Assembly: GCA_964426485.1 (NCBI GenBank)
Contig: CAYRQX010000015.1
Span: 7,899-71,898 of the forward strand
Source of the DNA: an uncultured Sphingopyxis sp.
GTDB taxonomy: Bacteria; Pseudomonadota; Alphaproteobacteria; Sphingomonadales; Sphingomonadaceae
Length of the DNA stretch: 64,000 nt
Reading direction: 5' to 3'
Below the pieces are notes generated by a model. It worked only from the letters and a program-made list of their open reading frames with translations. It made no database searches and was not told where the DNA came from. Positions 57,781 to 64,000 of this stretch are shown piece by piece. How positions within the stretch are numbered: the first letter of the stretch is position 1; each line of letters starts with the position of its first letter. A program made the position numbers and the translations under genes.

Positions 57781-58643
57781 CCGCGCATCAGCCGATCAAT
57801 CGCCCGGTATTTCCCGTCGAAACGCTCGAGCGGATGGCGGCGCTCTATCCTTTGCAGGCGGGGCTGCTCCACCATCATCTGCCCGATCACCCTTTGCTGT
57901 CGCTCGAAGCCCTCGCCCAGCTTGGCGAAAGCCTGCCCGCGAGCGCGGTTGAATATAATCCGGGCAATGTGCCGATCGGCATTCTGCCCGAAGACCTTCC
58001 CTCCAACGGCCTGTCGATCGGCGAAACGATCCGCACGATCGACAGCAACGGCAGCTGGGCGGTGCTCAAGAATATCGAGAATGTCGATGCCTATCGAACG
58101 TTGCTGATGGACCTGCTCGGCGAACTGAAATCCGTTGTCGAGCCGCGCACCGGCGCGATGCTGACGCCGCAGGGTTTCATCTTCATCTCGTCGCCGCGAT
58201 CGATCACGCCCTTCCACTTCGATCCCGAGCATAATATCCTGCTGCAGCTCAAGGGCACGAAGGTGATGAACGTCTGGCCGTCGGGCGACGAACGTTTCGC
58301 GCATCGCCGCGAGCATGAACGTTACCACACCGGCGGCCATCGCAATTTGCCGTGGCACGACGATTATCATGATGATGCGCAGCAAGTGCCGCTCGGCCCC
58401 GGCGACGCGGTGCTGATGCCGGTGATGGCGCCGCATTTTGTCGCCAATGGCGACGCGCCATCGATCTCGCTGTCGATCACCTGGCGCAGCGAATGGAGCT
58501 ATCGCGAGTCCGAGGCGCACGCCGCCAATGCAACGCTGCGCCGCATCGGCCTCGACCCCGCGATGCCGCCGCGCTGGCCGAGCTATGCCTGGTTGAAAAC
58601 GGTGGTCTGGCGCATCGCGCGCCGCCTCAAATTGGTTTCCTGA
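57777..58643 (+). CDS. JmjC/cupin-like 2-oxoglutarate-Fe(II) oxygenase
   Basis: TPFHFDPEHNILLQ (HxD), K in the following strand, LGPGD, PHFV distal His, SLSITW. Confidence 0.75.
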   Translation: MTAHQPINRPVFPVETLERMAALYPLQAGLLHHHLPDHPLLSLEALAQLGESLPASAVEYNPGNVPIGILPEDLPSNGLSIGETIRTIDSNGSWAVLKNIENVDAYRTLLMDLLGELKSVVEPRTGAMLTPQGFIFISSPRSITPFHFDPEHNILLQLKGTKVMNVWPSGDERFAHRREHERYHTGGHRNLPWHDDYHDDAQQVPLGPGDAVLMPVMAPHFVANGDAPSISLSITWRSEWSYRESEAHAANATLRRIGLDPAMPPRWPSYAWLKTVVWRIARRLKLVS

Positions 58644-58736
58644 AGCCGCCGCAAAACATCGATGACAGATTGCTTTCAATTGGCGCAATTTGGCGTTATG
58701 GGCCCGCATCCTTGATTTCGAGCCCATAGAGGACTG

Positions 58737-58955
58737 ATGGCGAAAGAAGAACTTCTGGAAATGCGCGGCCAAGTGGTCGAACTGCTGCCCAACGCGATGT
58801 TTCGCGTCAAACTGGAAAATGACCACGAGATTCTGGGTCACACCGCCGGCAAGATGCGCAAGAACCGGATCCGCGTTCTGGTGGGCGACGAAGTGCTCGT
58901 CGAACTCACGCCTTATGACCTGACCAAGGGTCGGATCACCTATCGCTTCAAGTGA
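58737..58955 (+). CDS. infA: Translation initiation factor IF-1
   Basis: [11 protein letters not shown]...LPNAMFRV...[30 protein letters not shown]. Confidence 0.98.
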   Translation: MAKEELLEMRGQVVELLPNAMFRVKLENDHEILGHTAGKMRKNRIRVLVGDEVLVELTPYDLTKGRITYRFK

Positions 58956-59542
58956 GCGGCGCGGCGAACTTCCCTGCGCTGGTACTGGCTTCGACCTCAC
59001 CGCGGCGGCGCGAGTTGCTGGCGCGGATCGGCCTTGAGCCGAAGCGTATCGCTGCGCCTGAAATCGACGAAACGCCGCTGAAAGCCGAACGGCCGCGCGA
59101 TTATGTCGCACGGCTCGCCAAGGGCAAGGCGCTGGCGGTCGAGCGCGCGCCCGACGAGGTCGTGCTGGCGGGCGATACAACGGTCGCGGTCGGTCGCCGC
59201 ATCCTCGAAAAGCCCGCCGACGAGGCCGATCTGCGCCGGATGCTCGCGCTGTTGTCGGGTCGGCGGCATCATGTCTATTCGGGGATATGCGTCGTCGGCA
59301 CCGACGGCAAAGCGCGCGTGCGCGTCGTCGACACGGTCGTCGCGTTCAAGGCGCTGAGCGCCGCCGAGATCGACCGCTATGTCGAATCGGGCGAAGGGAT
59401 GGGCAAGGCGGGCGGTTATGCGATCCAGGGCCGCGCCGAAACCTTTGTCCGCTTCCTGTCGGGCAGCCATTCGAACGTCGTTGGCCTGCCATTATTCGAA
59501 ACGCGCGCATTGTTGACGAGCGCGGGAATCGCGCTTGGCTGA
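58952..59542 (+). CDS. maf: Maf family nucleotide pyrophosphatase
   Basis: [44 protein letters not shown]. Confidence 0.95.
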   Translation: MSGAANFPALVLASTSPRRRELLARIGLEPKRIAAPEIDETPLKAERPRDYVARLAKGKALAVERAPDEVVLAGDTTVAVGRRILEKPADEADLRRMLALLSGRRHHVYSGICVVGTDGKARVRVVDTVVAFKALSAAEIDRYVESGEGMGKAGGYAIQGRAETFVRFLSGSHSNVVGLPLFETRALLTSAGIALG

Positions 59543-60527
59543 GTGGCTCTACGAAGCCGGAATCGGTGAGGCGCGCGCGGCGCTGGTCGAGGATGGCGCG
59601 ATCGTCGAAGCCCGGATCGAGCGCGAAGGCGAGGGACCGCGCATCGGGGCAATCGCCCAGGCGAAGCTCGTCGAAGCGGGGCGGGGTGGCAAAGGCGCGC
59701 TGGTCGCGCTCGACTGCCCCGGTCAGCCGCACGCGACGCTTTCCGACCTTCCCCCGAAAACGTCGGTGGGCGCCTCATTTCTGGTTGAAATTACCCGCAT
59801 GGCCCTGCGCGAGCGCGGCCGCGACAAGCCCGCCCGCGTGCGGCTGGCCGAAGCCGGTGCGGCGGTCTCAGATGGTCCTGACCTGCGCGCGCGAATTGGT
59901 AGCAGCGGCAGCCCCGTTGTCGACCTGCGCCCCACCGACGTCGACCGGTTGGAACAGGCGGGATGGTCGGAACTGATCGATTGCGTGCGCGCAGGTCATT
60001 GGCCGTTCGACGGTGGCGCGCTCTGGGTCGATGCGACCCCTGCGATGGTGCTGATCGATATCGATGGCGAAGGCGATACCTTGGCGCTGGCCATGTCGGG
60101 CGCGCGGATGGCTACGGCGGTGATCCGCCGCTGCGACATCGGGGGCTCGATCGGTATCGATTTTCCCTCGCTTCCCGATCGCGCGGGGCGTCATGCGGTT
60201 GACGCAGCTGTCGATGCCGCCCTGCCAGCCCCGTTCGAGCGTACCGCAGTCAATGGTTTCGGGCTGATGCAGATCATCCGCCGTCGCCTGCGGCCCTCGC
60301 TGATCGAGCAGATATGTCTCGATCCCGTCGCCACCGATGGCGCGCTATTGCTACGGCAAGCGGAACGCGCGGCGGGTACGGGGATTTTGAAACTGAGCGC
60401 ACGCCCTGCGGTTATCGACCATATCGGTGCCCGGCCGCTCTGGATCGAAATGTTGCAAAGGCGTACGGGCAGGCCTGTCGAACTGATCGCCGATGCCCAG
60501 AGCAAAGGAATGGGCCATGCCCAATAA
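59535..60527 (+). CDS. Ribonuclease E/G-like protein (short, divergent)
   Basis: GGALWVDATPAMVLIDIDG, GGSIGIDF, NGFGLMQIIR; canonical maf-rng-yacG context. Confidence 0.75.
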   Translation: MAEWLYEAGIGEARAALVEDGAIVEARIEREGEGPRIGAIAQAKLVEAGRGGKGALVALDCPGQPHATLSDLPPKTSVGASFLVEITRMALRERGRDKPARVRLAEAGAAVSDGPDLRARIGSSGSPVVDLRPTDVDRLEQAGWSELIDCVRAGHWPFDGGALWVDATPAMVLIDIDGEGDTLALAMSGARMATAVIRRCDIGGSIGIDFPSLPDRAGRHAVDAAVDAALPAPFERTAVNGFGLMQIIRRRLRPSLIEQICLDPVATDGALLLRQAERAAGTGILKLSARPAVIDHIGARPLWIEMLQRRTGRPVELIADAQSKGMGHAQ

Positions 60528-60711
60528 GATATCCGCCAAATCACTAGCCTGTCCGTTGTGCGGCAAGCCGCGTGAGCCCGAATATAAGCCCTTTTGCAGC
60601 CGCGGCTGCCGCGATCGCGACCTGTTGACCTGGTTTGGCGAAGGCTATCGCGTACCGGTCGACCAGGCGCCCGATGGCACCGCCGATGACGATCGTTTCG
60701 ACGACAACTGA
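60517..60711 (+). CDS. yacG: DNA gyrase inhibitor YacG
   Basis: CPLCGK...PFCSRGCRDRDL..W..E.YR.P. Confidence 0.9.
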   Translation: MPNKISAKSLACPLCGKPREPEYKPFCSRGCRDRDLLTWFGEGYRVPVDQAPDGTADDDRFDDN

Positions 60712-60806
60712 CCGTGTAACAGAGCGTCACAAAGCCTCTGGACAGGATGCAAAGCCCTGCCTATAGCCGCCGCTCGCCAGCGCGACCGACCGGTCGCAGC
60801 GGCCGT

Positions 60807-60882
60807 GCCCGGGTAGCTCAGTTGGTAGAGCATGCGATTGAAAATCGCAGTGTCGGCGGTTCGACCCCGTCCCCGGGCACCA
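60807..60882 (+). tRNA. tRNA-Phe(GAA)
   Basis: GCCCGGG acceptor pairing with CCCGGGC-A-CCA; D-arm GCTC/GAGC; anticodon stem TGCGA/TCGCA with loop TT-GAA-AA; GGTTCGA T-loop; 76 nt. Confidence 0.96.
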
Positions 60883-61033
60883 TTTTCCTCCTCCCGAAAA
60901 TGTCGCGCGCCGCACACCGATTGCTATTGCCCTCAAACACCCGAATATCACCGGGAGCAACCGTCCTGAAAGGACGCAAAAGCGCGGATTTTCGCCCCTA
61001 CCAATGGGGTGTTGTGCGTGTTACTGCCGCGCG

Positions 61034-61966
61034 ATGAACAGGATCGTGAACAAACTCAACCGGTTGTGGAAGGAGCGCGCGCACCGCGCCGCAGCCCATG
61101 CGGTGTTGGACACGCCCCCCGTCGTGCCGGCTGACGACGGACTGGTCCTGTTTTCGATGATCGGCACGCGGGTGCTGCTGCCCTATCTGGTCGCGGTCAA
61201 ATCGCTGCATTCGAAACTTCAAAGGGGCCGCATCGTCATCCTCGACGACGGCAGTTTGACCGATGCCGACCGCGCGATACTCGCGGCGCATCTGGGCCAG
61301 CCGCCCGTCATTTCGATTGCCGATGTCGATACGGGCCCATGCCCTCGTGGCGGCACCTGGGAACGGCTGCTCACCATCCTCGACATGCGCGCGACCGATT
61401 ATGTGATCCAGCTCGATTCCGATACGGTGACGCTGGGCGACGTGCCGGACATTGCGGAGGCGGTCACTCGCAATCGCAGCTTCACATTGCGCGGCGATTC
61501 CGATTCGCGGTTATTGTCCTTTGCCGAAATGGCGGAACAGACTGACGACGACGCCTTTTTGTTCAATCCCGACGCGCATGTTCAGGGCGCGATCGAAAGC
61601 GGACTCGACCGGGTAGCGTTGCCGATGCGCGCCCATCCGCTGTATGTTCGTGGATGCTCCGGCTTTGCCGGGTTTGCGCGGAGCGGAGACGGCCGCACGC
61701 TCGCAGAGGCCTTTTCGATCGAGGCGGAAAGATTGCTTGGCGCCGAGCGTTGGGCGCGCTGGGGCAGCGAGCAGGTGACCTCGAACCTGGTCATCGCCAA
61801 CGAGCCCGACGCGTTGCTGTTGCCCTATGAACATTATCTCAACTTCTGGGATGACGGCGTGCCGTCCGATGCCCGTTTCGTTCACTTCATCGGCAGCTAT
61901 CGTTTCAGCGGCAACGCCTATATCGATGCGACGCGCGCTGCTGTCGCGGCGCTGGGTCGCGCTTAG
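61034..61966 (+). CDS. Putative GT-A-fold glycosyltransferase-like protein
   Basis: ILDDGSL, VIQLDSDTV (DxD), SEQ, FVHFIG; convergent with a flippase. Confidence 0.6.
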   Translation: MNRIVNKLNRLWKERAHRAAAHAVLDTPPVVPADDGLVLFSMIGTRVLLPYLVAVKSLHSKLQRGRIVILDDGSLTDADRAILAAHLGQPPVISIADVDTGPCPRGGTWERLLTILDMRATDYVIQLDSDTVTLGDVPDIAEAVTRNRSFTLRGDSDSRLLSFAEMAEQTDDDAFLFNPDAHVQGAIESGLDRVALPMRAHPLYVRGCSGFAGFARSGDGRTLAEAFSIEAERLLGAERWARWGSEQVTSNLVIANEPDALLLPYEHYLNFWDDGVPSDARFVHFIGSYRFSGNAYIDATRAAVAALGRA

Positions 61967-61975
61967 GTCCTGACG

Positions 61976-63496
61976 CTAGGCGGCGACCCCCGGATCGGCC
62001 GGCATCCTGCGTCCACGCACCAGTTCGATCAGATCGCGGACCGTTGCGCGCGCGAACAGCGCCAGCCACAGGCAATAAATTGGTCCGCCCGTAGCGACGA
62101 GCACCATCAGCCGGATCGGCTGCGGCAGCGCGGGCAGCAAACGGTCGACCAGCATGACTGCCGCTGCCATGACTGCGGCTGCGAAAATGGGCGGCGCGAC
62201 CGCACGGAGCAACTCGATCGACCGGATTCCGATAACCGGCAAGGACCGGACGGCGGCAAAGACGAGCAGCAATGGATAGGCGATCAGCCAGGCCCATGCG
62301 ATGCCAATGATCCCCCACCGGGCGCCGATCACAAATATAACCGGCATCAACAGCGCGCCGGCGATGGCATTGCCCGACGCAATGCCCGGCCGGCCGAGCG
62401 CGTCGGTTGCGGGCCGCAGCAACGTGAACAGGGTCCAGAAGGGCATGGCGAGGGCAAGTGGCAGGAGCAGCGGCACGATCTCGCGCCATTTGTCGCCGAG
62501 CAGCGTAAGCACGAGCGGTTCGGCCACCGCGGCGAGGCCGAAGAAGAACGGCATGGCCGCGACCATGATCGCCCGCGTCGAGCGCGTGAAGCCGGCAGCC
62601 AGCGCGGCGCGGTCATTCTGCATCCGAGCATAGGCGGCGAAAGCCACTTCGTTGAGCGGAGGCACAACCTTGTTGTTGAAGATCTGCGTCAGCAGCAGCG
62701 CCGTCGTATAGATGCCGACCAGGTGTGCGTCGAACCAGCGGCCCGCGATCAATATGTCTGCCTGGCTTTGGATGAAAGCGAACAACTGCCCAACCGCCAT
62801 CAGCCCGCCATAACGTGCGATCGAACCCGCGCCGCGGAAATCGAAGCTGGGCCACATCCAGCTACGCGCCGCAATCGTCAGGCCCAGCGCGCGCGACGTA
62901 AACATGGCGATCGGCGCCCAGACGAGCGCCCACACGCCCCAGCCCGCCAGCGCGCCGCCGAGCGCGACGCCCGCCCCGATCAACGCCGAGACCAGATTGA
63001 CCTGCGCCTGACGCTGGAACTCCATGGAACGCGCCAGCTGCGCATAAGCGAGCGCGGAAAAGGGAATGGTCAGATAGATCAGCGACTGCACCCGCAGCAG
63101 GTCGGCAACCATCGGTTGCCGATAATAAGCGGCGGCAAGCGGGGCGCAGACGATCTGTGCGAGCGCGAGCGCGATATTGAGCAGCAGCATCAATCCGAAA
63201 ATCTGCCTCAATTCCTGTCTGCTGATCTCGTCGCGCTGGATCGCGGCACTCGCAAGGCCATAGCCATTGAGCAAGGTGAAGAGCATCAACATCACCTGTG
63301 TCAGCGCGAACAACCCATAGTCTTCGGGGGTAAGGATGCGGATGACGAGGAAGGTCGATGCCCAGGCGACGATTTGCCCGGCGATCTGCGACCCGGAGCG
63401 CCAGATCACCGCGCGGCGCACTTGCTGACCGAAATCGGGCGCAAGGGGCGTGTCTGGACCAATCGAGGTTTCCGGGGGCATTGCGCGACCTGACAT
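61976..63496 (-). CDS. Polysaccharide flippase (Wzx/MOP family)
   Basis: LIRILTPEDYGLFA-like motif, about 12 TM segments, GVWALVW, GIYTTA; start may be 63481. Confidence 0.88.
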   Translation of the reverse strand: MSGRAMPPETSIGPDTPLAPDFGQQVRRAVIWRSGSQIAGQIVAWASTFLVIRILTPEDYGLFALTQVMLMLFTLLNGYGLASAAIQRDEISRQELRQIFGLMLLLNIALALAQIVCAPLAAAYYRQPMVADLLRVQSLIYLTIPFSALAYAQLARSMEFQRQAQVNLVSALIGAGVALGGALAGWGVWALVWAPIAMFTSRALGLTIAARSWMWPSFDFRGAGSIARYGGLMAVGQLFAFIQSQADILIAGRWFDAHLVGIYTTALLLTQIFNNKVVPPLNEVAFAAYARMQNDRAALAAGFTRSTRAIMVAAMPFFFGLAAVAEPLVLTLLGDKWREIVPLLLPLALAMPFWTLFTLLRPATDALGRPGIASGNAIAGALLMPVIFVIGARWGIIGIAWAWLIAYPLLLVFAAVRSLPVIGIRSIELLRAVAPPIFAAAVMAAAVMLVDRLLPALPQPIRLMVLVATGGPIYCLWLALFARATVRDLIELVRGRRMPADPGVAA

Positions 63497-63721
63497 GCGG
63501 CGATCCTAGCAACTATTCGTTGGCAAAGCATTGCACGCGCGCATCATCGCCGGGCCGTCACGCAAACTGTTGCTATTTAGTCACGAATCGTTCGAAAATA
63601 TGCTTGCTCGCGCGCGTGCGCGTTGACGCGGCAGGGCGGTGCGTTAGACCGACCGTTCACCGCCGGGCATCTCCCGATAAGCCTTTGGCTGCGCACCGGT
63701 GGCTTTGGAGAGAGAGACATC

Positions 63722-64000
63722 ATGACCTTGCGCAACATTTTGTTGGGCGCCACCGTTTTGTGCGCCGCCACTACCCCTGTTTATGCCTTCGCCCAGGATG
63801 CCGCGCCGACCGACGCCGGAACGACGGCCGACGACACCGATTATGGCAATGACATCATCGTGACCGCCAGCAAGCGCTCGCAGACGCTGCAGGACACGCC
63901 CGTCGCGGTGTCGGTGACATCGGCGGCGCAGCTGGAGGATTCGCAGATCCGCGACCTCATCGACCTGCAGACCGCAGTCCCCAGCCTGCGCGTGTCGCAG
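63722..64000 (+). CDS. TonB-dependent receptor N-terminus (3'-truncated by window edge; not in the ORF track)
   Basis: MTLRNILLGATVLCAATTPVYAFAQD...DIIVTASKRSQTLQDTPVAVSV...IRDLIDLQTAVPSL; GGAGAGAG RBS. Confidence 0.9.
   Translation, partial: MTLRNILLGATVLCAATTPVYAFAQDAAPTDAGTTADDTDYGNDIIVTASKRSQTLQDTPVAVSVTSAAQLEDSQIRDLIDLQTAVPSLRVSQ

Noticed and set aside
59535-60527. Pseudogene of RNase G
   Set aside because: The frame is intact and translationally coupled to maf and yacG; a short divergent form is more plausible than decay.
60807-64000. Genomic island integrated at tRNA-Phe
   Set aside because: No integrase follows the tRNA, no duplicated tRNA 3' end was seen in the window, and downstream genes look near host composition.

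Overview
A roughly 65% GC core-chromosome segment of a Sphingomonadaceae alphaproteobacterium (Sphingopyxis-like; taxon inferred from gene content and order). In order it holds: bamA(partial)-skp-fabZ-rpmE with no lpx genes; glpK; a DEAD-box helicase; an MFS transporter; small accessory genes; an M20 hydrolase-astA-astB-methyltransferase operon; a GGDEF protein; malate synthase G; a GMC oxidoreductase; trhO; Lhr helicase/aspartyl protease/PdeM; two tandem paralogous TonB-dependent receptors; trxB; a ~20 kb exosortase A (PEP-CTERM) exopolysaccharide locus; infA-maf-RNase E/G-like-yacG; tRNA-Phe(GAA); a GT-like gene; a flippase; and the start of a third TonB receptor. I saw no CRISPR array, integrase or transposase. 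The most unusual signal is non-coding: four units with the same polarised layout, a short 'GGGGTGG-core' hairpin, then cargo, then a short 'GGTCG-core' hairpin. The cargo is a 48% GC orphan gene in one unit and two different REP-like doublets in the other three, which suggests a hairpin-bounded cargo-carrying mini-element mobilised in trans. Family names come from recognising motifs by eye; no database search was run.
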